A stretch of DNA of 64,000 nt from Chitinophagales bacterium (GTDB lineage Bacteria; Bacteroidota; Bacteroidia; Chitinophagales; JADIYW01): the NCBI GenBank assembly GCA_023957245.1, contig JAMLHJ010000005.1:309-64308 (forward strand), in the 5' to 3' direction. Each line of letters opens with the position of its first letter. Within the stretch, counting starts at the first letter, position 1. The position numbers and the translations under genes are program-made. This document shows, piece by piece, positions 1 through 10,181 of this stretch. Under the pieces are notes generated by a model that worked only from the letters and a program-made list of their open reading frames with translations, searched no databases and was not told where the DNA came from.

Positions 1-59
1 GAAAGTCCAAGCGACACTTCTATCAATATAATAATGGAATACGCTAAAGGCTAAGTGCT

Positions 60-773
60 TTATTTTTCTTCTTCATTTTTCTCAATAGTGCGAGGTTGAC
101 TATTTTCAGTGTTGGAGTCTGAATCTAGTTGATTAGTTATAGTATCTAAATTGTCATCATTAACATTAATATCCTCAGTGACAGATTTTGACACTATTTC
201 CTCATTTATATCAGGGATTTCTATGTCAGGAGACTCTGTATGCTCTTTTTCATCTAAAAGGTCTTCCAAATATATCACCTCTTCTGCATCCTTATTGACT
301 TCCTTTTTATTTGACAATTTAAATTTACTTTTAGGGATAGTGAATTGATCTACAATAGGAATAAAAAAATCCATTCCTAAAAATTTGATGTGAACATCAC
401 CTTTTACATCCATAGACACCGTATCATTCCAAGTAAATCTCAATAACTGAAAAAGTGCAGTTATATGATTCATTTGAACATCCATAGTAATATTGCGTTG
501 GCTCTTGGGTTCTAGTTTTACTGCTCCACTATATAGCACCTTACCGACTACAAGATTTTTATTCATTAATTGAAGCTCTATACTTTCTAGTTGGACAGGA
601 ATTCTAAATTTATTCAACACAATAGATTTATTTTCCAAAAGGACATAAGGTAATTTGATGCTTTTTTGTTCTATCATCTCTAGTTGCCATGTGTCTTGAA
701 ATACAAATTTTCGTTCTACAATTGGTTGCAAAAAAACTTGAAGCCAATTCAATAATATACTTTTAAGTGACAT
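60..773 (-). CDS. hypothetical protein with acidic low-complexity C-terminal tail
   Basis: 237-aa ORF with ATG start. The only competitor is a short antisense ORF. The C-terminal ~70 aa are D/E/N-rich. No family recognised by eye. Confidence 0.55.
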   Translation of the reverse strand: MSLKSILLNWLQVFLQPIVERKFVFQDTWQLEMIEQKSIKLPYVLLENKSIVLNKFRIPVQLESIELQLMNKNLVVGKVLYSGAVKLEPKSQRNITMDVQMNHITALFQLLRFTWNDTVSMDVKGDVHIKFLGMDFFIPIVDQFTIPKSKFKLSNKKEVNKDAEEVIYLEDLLDEKEHTESPDIEIPDINEEIVSKSVTEDINVNDDNLDTITNQLDSDSNTENSQPRTIEKNEEEK

Positions 774-922
774 CGCTTTAAATTACAAAGGGAAAGTATG
801 TAAAAAATAGAGTAAAACCACAATCATATACATTATTAAAAAAAGCATAAAGTAAGAAGTGCTGAAATAATACAGTGTATAATTATAAATTTACACAACG
901 ATAAAAGTTTAAAGGAAATAAA

Positions 923-1993
923 ATGAAAATTCACAATTTTGGAGCTGGACCTTGTATTTTGCCACAAGAAGTATTTGAAAAAGCCGCTGCTGCTGTTCTT
1001 AATCTCAATAACTCTGGACTGAGTATTTTAGAAATTTCTCATAGGAGTGCTGCTTTTGATGAAATCATCAACAATGCCCAAAATTTAGTGAAAGAACTAC
1101 TAGGCGTGCCAGAAGGATATAAAGTGCTATTTCTTCAAGGTGGTGCGAGCTTACAATTTTCTATGGTTCCAATGAATTATTTACCACAAGATGGCAAGGC
1201 TGCATATTTGGATACAGGTGTTTGGTCATCCAAAGGGATTAAAGAAGCTACTTTATTTGGAGAGGTATTAACGATTGCTAGCTCTAAGGACAAAAACTAT
1301 AGTTATATTCCTAAAGGTTTTGATTTGCCGAAAGATGTGTCTTATTTTCATATCACTACGAATAACACTATATATGGCACAGAAATATTTGAAGATTACG
1401 ATGTCAAAGTACCTTTGATTGCAGATATGTCTTCAGATATTTTCAGTAGAAAAATAGATGTGTCTAAATATGACCTTATCTATGCTGGTGCTCAAAAAAA
1501 CATAGGACCAGCAGGTGCAACTGTGGTCATTGTAAAAGAAAGTTTTTTACAAAACAAAGCTAGGGTTGTACCTACAATGTTAGATTATCAAGTTCATGCC
1601 AAGAATGATTCTCTTTTTAACACACCTCCCGTATTTCCTATATATGTGAGTATGTTGAATTTGGAATGGCTGAAGGAACAAGGTGGTATAGATGCTATTG
1701 AGAAAATAAATATCAAAAAGGCAGAGCTATTATATCAAGAGATTGAAAGAAACTCATTATTTGTAGGAAATGTTGAAAAAGACTCTCGTTCAAGAATGAA
1801 TATAACATTCTCTGCAATTAATGAAGATATTGAAGCCAAGTTCTTAGCTATATGTAAAGCAAAAGGTATTCACGGTATCAAAGGGCACAGATTATCTGGA
1901 GGATTCAGAGCTTCATTATACAATGCTCTACCATTATCAAGTGTAGAATATTTGGTTGAGGCAATGCAGGATTTTGAGAAAGAAAATAAGTAG
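923..1993 (+). CDS. serC: phosphoserine aminotransferase
   Basis: 356 aa. N-terminal FGAGPCILPQEV, GGASLQF, and the PLP-lysine context AGAQKNIGPAG are typical of SerC. Confidence 0.93.
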   Translation: MKIHNFGAGPCILPQEVFEKAAAAVLNLNNSGLSILEISHRSAAFDEIINNAQNLVKELLGVPEGYKVLFLQGGASLQFSMVPMNYLPQDGKAAYLDTGVWSSKGIKEATLFGEVLTIASSKDKNYSYIPKGFDLPKDVSYFHITTNNTIYGTEIFEDYDVKVPLIADMSSDIFSRKIDVSKYDLIYAGAQKNIGPAGATVVIVKESFLQNKARVVPTMLDYQVHAKNDSLFNTPPVFPIYVSMLNLEWLKEQGGIDAIEKINIKKAELLYQEIERNSLFVGNVEKDSRSRMNITFSAINEDIEAKFLAICKAKGIHGIKGHRLSGGFRASLYNALPLSSVEYLVEAMQDFEKENK

Positions 1994-2028
1994 TCCAATT
2001 ATTTTTTTTAGGAAACTCTAAAAAATGA

Positions 2029-2592
2029 TTACTGAGTAATTTTATTAGGATTATTTTTTACAAAACTTGCCCAAGAATTTTTACTTCCTCCTCCTGAAGA
2101 TGTAATGCCATGTTTTAATTTAAAATGATGACAAACTGCAACTGCTAGACCATCAGTAGCATCTAATTGCTTAGGGAGATCTTTGGCATTCAAAATATGG
2201 GTCAACATATCCGCAACTTGTTCTTTAGATGCATTGCCATTACCTGTGATGGCTTGCTTAACAGCTTTGGGTGCATATTCAAATACTGGCAATTTATGAG
2301 TCAATGCTGCGGCCATAGCTACTCCTTGTGCTCTTCCTAATTTGAGCATAGATTGTACATTCTTAGAATAAAACGGAGCTTCGATAGCCAAACAATGAGG
2401 TCGATACTCTTTAATTAATTCTAAAGTCCTATCGTAAATGCATGCTAATCTATCATAATGGTCATCATATTTTTCCATAAAAATAGAACCAACAATCACC
2501 AAATCTGCACGGTGTCCATTGGAGGCAATTATACCATAACCAGTAACATGAGTGCCTGGGTCTATGCCAATAATAATTTGTTGTTTTGCCAC
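2029..2592 (-). CDS. ruvC: crossover junction endodeoxyribonuclease RuvC
   Basis: 187 aa. IIGIDPGTHVTGYGII N-terminus and overall RuvC length and pattern. Confidence 0.92.
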   Translation of the reverse strand: MAKQQIIIGIDPGTHVTGYGIIASNGHRADLVIVGSIFMEKYDDHYDRLACIYDRTLELIKEYRPHCLAIEAPFYSKNVQSMLKLGRAQGVAMAAALTHKLPVFEYAPKAVKQAITGNGNASKEQVADMLTHILNAKDLPKQLDATDGLAVAVCHHFKLKHGITSSGGGSKNSWASFVKNNPNKITQ

Positions 2593-3599
2593 AGTGTCAA
2601 ATTTTTCTATTTTTGATAGATTTTACGGTGAAGGTACAAAGCAAATATCTTAATTCAATATTAAAGTTACTCCTCTTTATAGGATTGGGATATGCATTAT
2701 ATAAGCAAGTATTCACTAATACAGATGTCAAAGATGCTTTACAAACATTAAAATCCAATTTGATTCATGGAAGAGGTTGGTTTATCATTGTTGTCGTCTT
2801 ATCTATATTCAATTGGTCTATAGAGGCTGCCAAATGGAGATATTTGGTTCGTAAGTTTGAACATATTTCATTCTTCAGGTCTATTATAGGAATATTATTT
2901 GGTATATCTTTTTCTCTTTTTACACCCAACAGATTGGGAGAATATGGCGGCAGGGTACTAGTTTTAACTCATCATCGTTTAATAGCAATTGTTTCCACAT
3001 TAGTAGGAAGTTATAGTCAAATCGTAGTCAACATGTCTATTGGAGGATTAGCTTGTTTAATATATTTATGGGTATATGTCGATTTACATGCTTACTTATG
3101 GTTAGCGGTTCTATTTATCTACATTTTATTAAGTACGTTTTTATTTATCAGCTTCTTCAATTTGGAAGTTGTCAGCGTTGTCTTTAAGAAGTATAGTATC
3201 TTTAAAAAAATAGCTCCCTATACAGAGATTATTGGTCAGTACAATTCAAAAGATTTAAAAAGGCTATTAGCCTATTCTTCGTTTCGATATGGCACATATT
3301 GTTTACAATTTTTATTGCTTTTAAAAGTTTTTCGGACAGGAGTTCATTGGGTAGATGGCTTAGTTTTGATTCCCAATGTATTTTTCATTCAAGGGATATT
3401 ACCAACAATGGCAATTTTGGATATTTCGCTAAGAGGTCAGATTGCATTACAAATCATAGGCAAATATGCTAGTGGAGAAATGATTGATATAATAGCTGCT
3501 TCAGTAGTATTATGGTTTGTCAATCTGATAGTGCCTGCAATATTAGGAGGTATATTTGCAATATTTTATAAATTCTCAAGAGGGAATAATCATTCTTGA
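2586..3599 (+). CDS. UPF0104 / LPG-synthase-TM-like (flippase-like) integral membrane protein
   Basis: Multi-pass hydrophobic 337-aa ORF. IEAAKWRYLV and NRLGEYGGRV motifs resemble the UPF0104 family. The start is uncertain: TTG at 2586 overlaps the ruvC start, and an in-frame GTG at 2628 is an alternative. Confidence 0.6.
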   Translation: MPQCQIFLFLIDFTVKVQSKYLNSILKLLLFIGLGYALYKQVFTNTDVKDALQTLKSNLIHGRGWFIIVVVLSIFNWSIEAAKWRYLVRKFEHISFFRSIIGILFGISFSLFTPNRLGEYGGRVLVLTHHRLIAIVSTLVGSYSQIVVNMSIGGLACLIYLWVYVDLHAYLWLAVLFIYILLSTFLFISFFNLEVVSVVFKKYSIFKKIAPYTEIIGQYNSKDLKRLLAYSSFRYGTYCLQFLLLLKVFRTGVHWVDGLVLIPNVFFIQGILPTMAILDISLRGQIALQIIGKYASGEMIDIIAASVVLWFVNLIVPAILGGIFAIFYKFSRGNNHS

Positions 3600-3647
3600 A
3601 GCTACATTATTTATTAAATTACATTATTTTCAAACAAAAAATAAGTT

Positions 3648-5135
3648 ATGGCTAATACAGCTCAACAAAATACAGAAGAATTCTATTTTTCAGACAATAC
3701 AAAAGGTCATCCAAAACAATTGGCATTGTTATTCATGACAGAAATGTGGGAGCGTTTCAGTTTTTATGGCATGCGTGCATTACTGATCTTATACATGGTC
3801 AGCCAACTTCAATACTCAGATGAAAAGGGTAATTTGGTCTATGGTTCCTACCAAGCATTGGTATATACTATGCCACTTTTTGGTGGTTTGATTGCAGATA
3901 AAATCTTTGGATTTAGGCGTTCTGTTGTATTAGGAGGATTGTTGATGGCAATTGGTCATTTGATATTGGCTATCCCAGAGGAACATACCTTTTATATAGG
4001 ATTGGGATTTTTGATTTCGGGTAATGGTTTTTTTAAACCTAATATTTCCAGTATGGTAGGTCGTTTATATCGTCCTGGTGATAGTAGAAGAGATGCAGGA
4101 TTTTCAATTTTCTATTTAGGAATCAACGTTGGTGCATTTATGGGAGGATTGGCTTGTGGCTATCTAGGTCAAAAAGTCAATTGGCACTATGGTTTTGGAC
4201 TCGCAGGAATATTCATGGTATTGGGTCTTGTTATATTTATTATAGGTCAAAAATCTTTAGGTCATATTGGAATTGCTCCACCAGCTGAAACTATAAAAAA
4301 TTATAAGCAAAAGCAAATAGGAGTTGTCGTATTAGGATTTTTGCAAGTTCCTATTTTTGTTCTATTGCTATTGAATTATAAATTGATGGGTTACTTATTA
4401 TTGCCATTTTGCATTTTGGCAATAATTTGGGTATTAATTATTGCTCTTAAACAAGATAAAGTAGCACGCCAAAAGATGCTTACTGCAATGGTATTGATAT
4501 TTTTCAGTACGTTTTTCTGGGCATTTTACGAACAAGGCGGTGGTTCACTCAATCTATTTGCAGACAGGAATGTAGATATGTTGGGAATGTCTTCTGCGGC
4601 TATCAATAACTCTATTAATCCCTTTTATATCTTATTATTGACTTTCCCAATGGCTTGGCTTTGGGTAACGCTATCTAAGAAAAATATGAATCCATCTACT
4701 CCAGCTAAATTTGGAATCGCATTTATATTATTAGGAATAGGATATTATGTATTTGTTTCTGGTGGATTCTTCAGCAATGAAGGTATGGTTAATTTAGGCT
4801 TTTTCGCTGGTGGATATATGTTGATTACAATTGGGGAGTTATTTATTTCGCCAATAGGTCTTTCCATGATTACCAAATTGTCTCCGGAGAAATATACAGG
4901 AATGATGATGGGGTTTTGGTTTTTAGCAAGTGCGATGGGACAATATCTTGCAGGCATCATTGGTTCGCTAATGGCTGTACCAAGTGAAGGTGGCAATAAA
5001 ATTTTTACATCAATAGATACATTAGGAATATATTCTAGTGTGTTCACCAAAATTACTATTGCATCTATTATTGTGGCTATTATTCTTTTTGCATTTACTC
5101 CATTATTGAAAAGATGGATGCATGATGTGAAATAA
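3648..5135 (+). CDS. proton-dependent oligopeptide transporter (POT/PTR2 family di-/tripeptide permease)
   Basis: 495 aa with about 12-14 TM segments. PTR2 signature region WERFSFYGMRALLILYM and FGGLIADKIFG. Confidence 0.9.
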   Translation: MANTAQQNTEEFYFSDNTKGHPKQLALLFMTEMWERFSFYGMRALLILYMVSQLQYSDEKGNLVYGSYQALVYTMPLFGGLIADKIFGFRRSVVLGGLLMAIGHLILAIPEEHTFYIGLGFLISGNGFFKPNISSMVGRLYRPGDSRRDAGFSIFYLGINVGAFMGGLACGYLGQKVNWHYGFGLAGIFMVLGLVIFIIGQKSLGHIGIAPPAETIKNYKQKQIGVVVLGFLQVPIFVLLLLNYKLMGYLLLPFCILAIIWVLIIALKQDKVARQKMLTAMVLIFFSTFFWAFYEQGGGSLNLFADRNVDMLGMSSAAINNSINPFYILLLTFPMAWLWVTLSKKNMNPSTPAKFGIAFILLGIGYYVFVSGGFFSNEGMVNLGFFAGGYMLITIGELFISPIGLSMITKLSPEKYTGMMMGFWFLASAMGQYLAGIIGSLMAVPSEGGNKIFTSIDTLGIYSSVFTKITIASIIVAIILFAFTPLLKRWMHDVK

Positions 5136-5510
5136 TGTGGAGATTTGAAGATGTTGAAAATTAAAAATTACGAAGTACGAGGTACAAAATACAAAGTACG
5201 AATAAAAAAGCTGGTGGTTAATTGCTTCAAAATTTAACCACAAAGCACACTAAGCTTCTACACAAAGATCACAGAGTTTATTGAAATAATGCGGAGATTT
5301 GAAGATGTTGAAAATTAAAACTCACGAAGTACGAGGTACAAAATACGAAGTACGAATAAAAAAGCTGGAGGTTGATTGCTTCAAAATTTAACCACAAAGC
5401 TCACAGAGTTTCTACACAAAGCTCACAGAGTTTATTGAAATAATGTGGAGATATGAAGATGTTAAATTAAAAAATTACGAAGTACGAGGTACAAAATACG
5501 AAGTACGAAT
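5128..5510. repeat. tandem 154-bp mosaic intergenic repeat, about 2.4 copies
   Basis: Hand alignment gives units starting at 5128/5136, 5282/5290 and 5436/5444. Each unit contains TGGAGATTTGAAGATG, the TACGAAGTACGAGGTACAAAATACGAAGTACGAAT block, the CTGGTGGTT...TTAACCAC hairpin core and a CACAAAG tail. Homology begins inside the last codons of the transporter gene. Confidence 0.9.
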
Positions 5511-5551
5511 ACCAAATTGATGTCCCATGACATCACTCGAATATACCCAAC

Positions 5552-5579
5552 AAAAAAAGACCTTTTAAGGTCTTTTTTT
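5552..5579. terminator. bidirectional rho-independent terminator candidate
   Basis: AAAAAAAGACCTT-TT-AAGGTCTTTTTTT is a GC-containing stem flanked by an A-run and a T-run. It lies between the convergent transporter gene and the 5611-6135 gene. Confidence 0.7.
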
Positions 5580-5610
5580 GTTATATTCTATTCAATTTTA
5601 ATAGGATAGA

Positions 5611-6135
5611 TTAATCTCCACCAGTTCCTTTGAATTGATCTTCTTTAAATCTAAAAAGGATATTAAAAGAAGTCAATGAACCATAGATTCTTGTAATATA
5701 TTGTTGTAAATCCACCTTTTCTTCATCACTTAATTTAGAAGCATTAATTTTTTGCTCCATCACTCTAAGTCGGTCTCTGACCATTACAATTTTATGAAAG
5801 AAGGTTTCTATTGGGATAATTTTAGATTGCAAATCTGAATTTTCTGGTTGAAGTACAAGATTGCCACCTTTCCATTTGTCTCCCAAATAAATCTGTTCAG
5901 AAGGAGCTGTAATAGGCTCTAAAATGTCTCTGAGCAATGTTTCTACTTGATCTAAAGAAATAGCATCATCTGGTTTTTGTACCTCTTTGACAATGACATA
6001 ATTGTCAAAAGTCTTTCCTATTTCCTTTTCACCATGATCTGAAAAATAAATCTCATAATATCTTTCTTCCACACCAATAATGACACCATTTCCATAAGTC
6101 GGATGTATCAAACGTGTTCCAATACCCAATTCCAT
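5611..6135 (-). CDS. hypothetical protein
   Basis: 174-aa ORF with ATG start, tightly followed by frr on the same strand. The N-terminal IGTRLIHPTYGNGVIIGVE is vaguely CarD/Tudor-like, but I cannot assign it. Confidence 0.6.
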   Translation of the reverse strand: MELGIGTRLIHPTYGNGVIIGVEERYYEIYFSDHGEKEIGKTFDNYVIVKEVQKPDDAISLDQVETLLRDILEPITAPSEQIYLGDKWKGGNLVLQPENSDLQSKIIPIETFFHKIVMVRDRLRVMEQKINASKLSDEEKVDLQQYITRIYGSLTSFNILFRFKEDQFKGTGGD

Positions 6136-6143
6136 AGCTCTAC

Positions 6144-6707
6144 TTATATTGTCATAATTTCTTCTTCTTTCATTGCCAACATTTTATCCACCTTAGTGAT
6201 ATAATCATTGGTGATATGTTGAATATCTTCTTCGGCACCTTTGGACAAATCTTCAGATAGACCTTCTTTTAATAATGCTTTAATAGCATCATTTCCTTCT
6301 TTACGAGCAGAGCGAATTACTACTTTGGAATTTTCTCCTGAAGCTTTCGTTTGTTTGGCTAAATCTTTTCTTCTTTCTTCTGTCAAAGGAGGAATTACAA
6401 TACGAATATTTTCACCATCATTTTGAGGTGTCACTCCCAAATTGGCTTGAAAAATTGCTCTTTCAACATCACCAATTAATTTTCTTTCAAAAGGAACAAT
6501 AACAAGCGTTCTAGCATCTTGAAGTTTTACAGACGCTACTTGTTGAAGAGGTGTAGGCATACCGTAATACTCAATTTTGATAGCAGAAAGCATATCAGGG
6601 CTTGCTTTACCTGCTCGCACTCTTCTCAAATCTTCTTCCAAATGCTTTAATGCTTTATGCATCGCTTCTTTGGTCTCGTCAATTATAAACTGTACTTCTT
6701 CATTCAT
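6144..6707 (-). CDS. frr: ribosome recycling factor
   Basis: 187 aa with a typical RRF sequence (LRRVRAGKASPDML, PPLTEERRKDL). Sits in the conserved pyrH-frr arrangement. Confidence 0.93.
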   Translation of the reverse strand: MNEEVQFIIDETKEAMHKALKHLEEDLRRVRAGKASPDMLSAIKIEYYGMPTPLQQVASVKLQDARTLVIVPFERKLIGDVERAIFQANLGVTPQNDGENIRIVIPPLTEERRKDLAKQTKASGENSKVVIRSARKEGNDAIKALLKEGLSEDLSKGAEEDIQHITNDYITKVDKMLAMKEEEIMTI

Positions 6708-6725
6708 AATAAAATCTTTTGAATA

Positions 6726-7433
6726 TTATTTAACTATTGTACCAATTTTTTCTCCGTTCAAAATTCTAAGAATATTGCCTTGCTCTTTAATAGAAAAAAC
6801 AACGATAGGTAATTTATTTTCCTTACATAACGTAAAAGATGTTTGATCCATAACCCCCAATTCTCTAGTAATTACTTCTTGATAAGAGATTGATTCAAAT
6901 TTAGAAGCATCTGCATTTTTCTTAGGATCAGCTGTATAAATACCATCAACACTTGTGCCTTTCAACAATGCATCTGCACCTATCTCAACAGCACGAAGTG
7001 CAGCAGCTGAGTCTGTAGTAAAGAAAGGATTGCCTGTACCTGCTGCCAAAATAATTACTCGACCTTTTTCTAAGTGTCTTACTGCTTTTCTTTTGATATA
7101 TGGTTCGCAAACTTGTTGAATAGAAACTGCAGACATTAATCTGGTTTCTATACCTCTTTTTTCCAAAACACTTTGGAGAGCCATTCCATTGATGACAGTA
7201 GCCAACATACCCATATAATCACCTTGAACTCTGTCAATTCCAAGATTGCCAGCTTGTAATCCTCTAAAGATATTTCCACCACCGATAACAACGGCAAGTT
7301 CATATCCTTGATCTACAATACTTTGAATTTCATCACCAAAATGATTAATCATATTAGCTTGAATACCGAAATGCTCGTCACCCATCAAAGCTTCACCGCT
7401 CAGTTTGAGTAAAATACGTTTAAATTGTCCCAT
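6726..7433 (-). CDS. pyrH: UMP kinase
   Basis: 235 aa. RILLKLSGEAL N-terminus, GGGNIFRG motif, and position between tsf and frr. Confidence 0.93.
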   Translation of the reverse strand: MGQFKRILLKLSGEALMGDEHFGIQANMINHFGDEIQSIVDQGYELAVVIGGGNIFRGLQAGNLGIDRVQGDYMGMLATVINGMALQSVLEKRGIETRLMSAVSIQQVCEPYIKRKAVRHLEKGRVIILAAGTGNPFFTTDSAAALRAVEIGADALLKGTSVDGIYTADPKKNADASKFESISYQEVITRELGVMDQTSFTLCKENKLPIVVFSIKEQGNILRILNGEKIGTIVK

Positions 7434-7449
7434 CAGGAGTTGAAATTAT

Positions 7450-7477
7450 AAAAAAAAGGAGAGAATTTCTTCTCTCC
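7450..7477 (-). terminator. rho-independent terminator downstream of tsf
   Basis: On the minus strand, GGAGAGAA-GAAA-TTCTCTCC is followed by T8. It lies directly after the tsf stop. Confidence 0.75.
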
Positions 7478-7497
7478 CTTACAAAATATAGTTCTTA

Positions 7498-8328
7498 TTA
7501 TGATAAAGATACTCTCTTAAAGCTAAGTACCTTCAGATCTTTGTCAACAGACTTCACGTACTGTTCAACAGTTTTACCACTATCTTTAACAAATTGCTGA
7601 CTTAATAAAGTCGATTCTTTCAACATAGAGTTGACAGCACCATCAGCGATTTTGTCTAAAAGATTTTCTGGTTTACCAGCAGCAACAGCTTTTTCTCTTG
7701 CGATAGCACGTTCACGATCTTTCACCTCATCACTTACACCTGAAGCATCTAAAGCAATAGGGTTCATAGCAGCAATTTGCATTGCTACATCTTTACCTGC
7801 AACAGTATTTGCATCGTTCAATGATTGGTTAAGCTCAACGAGTACACCCATTCTGTATCCCATGTGAATATATGGCACCAATCCTTTACCAGAAACAGAT
7901 TCATATTTTTTCACTTCGATTTTCTCTCCGATTTTAGCTACTGTATCTAAAAGGACATTAGCTACTGTAGTACCTCTAAAAGGAGTTGCGTTCAAAGCAT
8001 CTACATCAGCAGGTTGAGTTTCCAATGCTAATTGAGCGATTTCTTTTGCTAATGCAATAAAATCTTCATTTTTAGCAACGAAATCTGTTTCAGCAGATAA
8101 ATTTAATAGGATACCGAAAGTGCTATCTTCATTAGTCAAGGCGATAACTACACCTTCATTAGCTTCACGCTCAGCTCTGTTAGCTGCAATCTTAGCTCCT
8201 TTTTTACGAAGGAAATCGATTGCTGCTTCAAAATCACCATTAGTTTCAACTAGTGCTTTTTTGCAGTCCATCAAACCAGCACCAGTTTCTTGTCGTAATT
8301 TATTTACTTCTGCAGCAGAAATTGACAT
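7498..8328 (-). CDS. tsf: translation elongation factor Ts
   Basis: 276 aa. N-terminal UBA-like AAEVNKLRQETGAGLMDCKKAL is typical of EF-Ts. Lies downstream of rpsB. Confidence 0.93.
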   Translation of the reverse strand: MSISAAEVNKLRQETGAGLMDCKKALVETNGDFEAAIDFLRKKGAKIAANRAEREANEGVVIALTNEDSTFGILLNLSAETDFVAKNEDFIALAKEIAQLALETQPADVDALNATPFRGTTVANVLLDTVAKIGEKIEVKKYESVSGKGLVPYIHMGYRMGVLVELNQSLNDANTVAGKDVAMQIAAMNPIALDASGVSDEVKDRERAIAREKAVAAGKPENLLDKIADGAVNSMLKESTLLSQQFVKDSGKTVEQYVKSVDKDLKVLSFKRVSLS

Positions 8329-8354
8329 ATAATATTTATTTTTTTGTTTATAGA

Positions 8355-9155
8355 TTATTCGCTATCAGTTGAACCTTCTTCGTCTTCTCCTTCTTCATCG
8401 TTAGCGTCAATAACTTCATCAACGACAACTTCTTCTTCTTCAACTTCTTCTTCAGAATCTTTATCACGTTTTCTATCAGCCAAACCTTCTTTAATAGCTT
8501 CGATGACGTATTCAGTGATAATTTTGATAGATTTAGAAGCATCGTCATTTGCTGGGATAGCAAAGTCAACTAAAGTAGGATCTGAGTTAGTATCAACGAT
8601 ACCAAAAGTTTTAATACCTAAGTTTTTAGCTTCAGCCAAAGCAATGTGTTCATGAGAGATATCTACCATGAAGATAGCAGCAGGGATACGCAATAAATGC
8701 TCGATACCACCTAATACTTTATCCAATTTTGCTTGTTGACGAGCCAACATTAGACGCTCTTTCTTAGTAATGTTGTTCAATGCACCATCAGCCAACATTT
8801 TCTCAATGTTTTGTTTTTTCTTGATAGATTTTTTGATGGTAGCAAAGTTAGTCAACATACCACCCAACCAACGTTCAGTTACATAAGGCATATTAACACT
8901 AGCAGCTAATTCAGCTACTATATCTTTCGCTTGTTTTTTAGTAGCGACGAAAAGGATTTTCTTTCCAGATTTTGCCATTTGGCGTAAAGCAGCAGCAGAC
9001 TCTTCGAGTTTAGACTGAGTTTTATTCAAATCTATGATATGAATACCTTTACGTTCCATGAATATATATGGCAACATCTTTGGATTCCATTTTTTCTTGA
9101 GGTGACCAAAGTGAGCACCTGCATCCAATAATTGTTGCTGAGATATTTTTTCCAT
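8355..9155 (-). CDS. rpsB: 30S ribosomal protein S2 (with acidic C-terminal extension)
   Basis: 266 aa. LLDAGAHFGH and WLGGMLTN motifs. The last ~40 aa are almost entirely D/E. Confidence 0.93.
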   Translation of the reverse strand: MEKISQQQLLDAGAHFGHLKKKWNPKMLPYIFMERKGIHIIDLNKTQSKLEESAAALRQMAKSGKKILFVATKKQAKDIVAELAASVNMPYVTERWLGGMLTNFATIKKSIKKKQNIEKMLADGALNNITKKERLMLARQQAKLDKVLGGIEHLLRIPAAIFMVDISHEHIALAEAKNLGIKTFGIVDTNSDPTLVDFAIPANDDASKSIKIITEYVIEAIKEGLADRKRDKDSEEEVEEEEVVVDEVIDANDEEGEDEEGSTDSE

Positions 9156-9185
9156 ATTGCAGTTACAAATTGTTCTGTGAATAAA

Positions 9186-9578
9186 TTAACGTTTACTGAA
9201 CTGGAAGCTCTTACGGGCTTTTTTACGTCCAAATTTCTTACGCTCAACCATTCTAGGGTCACGCGTCAATAACTTCTCTGATTTAAGAGTCGGTTTATTC
9301 TCTTCATTGATTTTCACCAAAGCACGAGAAACACCCAAAGCAATCGCTTCAATTTGACCCTTAATTCCTCCGCCTTTTACATTTACTTTTACATCATATT
9401 GACCTACAGTATTTGTAATTTCGAAAGGTTGAGTTAATTTAATCGCTAAGTGTTGAACGGGAAAATAAACTTTAGAATCTTTACCATTAACAGTAATTGT
9501 TCCTGTTCCTGGCTTAAGATAAACTCTAGCAACAGAAGTCTTTCTTCTGCCTAATGCATTAGTATAGGTAGTTGCCAT
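9186..9578 (-). CDS. rpsI: 30S ribosomal protein S9
   Basis: 130 aa. GGGIKGQIEAIALGVSRAL and a C-terminal basic tail ending in KR. Confidence 0.93.
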   Translation of the reverse strand: MATTYTNALGRRKTSVARVYLKPGTGTITVNGKDSKVYFPVQHLAIKLTQPFEITNTVGQYDVKVNVKGGGIKGQIEAIALGVSRALVKINEENKPTLKSEKLLTRDPRMVERKKFGRKKARKSFQFSKR

Positions 9579-9584
9579 TTCTTA

Positions 9585-10028
9585 TTAAAATTTTATAATT
9601 TCAGGTTTTTGCGCTGCATAAGAATGCTCAGCTCCTACAACTACATGTAGTTTTTTGTACATGGCTCTACCTAGTCTTGTTCTAGGAAGCATGTGTTTTA
9701 CTGCATTCTCAATAATAAATTCTGGCTTTTTAGCCAAGGCTTCTTTTGGTGTCATAAAACGTTGCCCTCCAGGATAACCAGTGTGTCTAACATAGACTTT
9801 ATCATTTAATTTGTTACCTGTCAATACAACTTTCTCTGCATTGATAACAATTACATGATCACCAGTATCTACATGTGGAGTATAGCTCGCTTTGTGCTTA
9901 CCTTGTAGAACCTTTGCAATTTCAGAACTCAAACGACCTAATGTTTGATTTTCTGCATCTACTACCAACCATTTACGCTCAACTGTCTGAGGGGTGGCTG
10001 ATACCGTACGATAACTTAATGTATTCAC
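9585..10028 (-). CDS. rplM: 50S ribosomal protein L13
   Basis: 147 aa. [20 protein letters not shown] is typical of L13. Sits in an operon with rpsI. Confidence 0.93.
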   Translation of the reverse strand: MNTLSYRTVSATPQTVERKWLVVDAENQTLGRLSSEIAKVLQGKHKASYTPHVDTGDHVIVINAEKVVLTGNKLNDKVYVRHTGYPGGQRFMTPKEALAKKPEFIIENAVKHMLPRTRLGRAMYKKLHVVVGAEHSYAAQKPEIIKF

Positions 10029-10062
10029 GGAAATAATGGTTTTCTTTTTTCTAATTAAAATT

Positions 10063-10076
10063 GGACTGCAAAGATA
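10063..10076 (-). promoter_or_regulatory. Bacteroidota-type -7 promoter box (TATCTTTG) upstream of rplM
   Basis: The minus strand reads TATCTTTGCAGTCC, which matches the TAnnTTTG consensus, about 40 nt upstream of the rplM ATG. A TTTG lies about 23 nt further upstream. The identical 14-mer recurs upstream of rpmH. Confidence 0.6.
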
Positions 10077-10181
10077 GTATTTATTTATATACCTAGTTGC
10101 AAACTCTTAATTTATTTTTGAAAATAATTATTAACTATTTGATTATCAATGAAATTATCGCACAAAATAATTATAAGTTAT

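Noticed and set aside
1-54. Open frame running into the window start and ending at TAA 52-54 (…IIMEYAKG*), possibly the 3' end of a plus-strand gene
   Set aside because: Only 17 codons are visible, which is too little to support a call.
8344-8655. 103-aa Ser-rich plus-strand ORF and 73-aa minus-strand ORF overlapping the rpsB 3' end
   Set aside because: They are antisense or out-of-frame to rpsB, within its acidic-tail coding repeat (GAA/GAT-rich). This is a low-complexity artefact.
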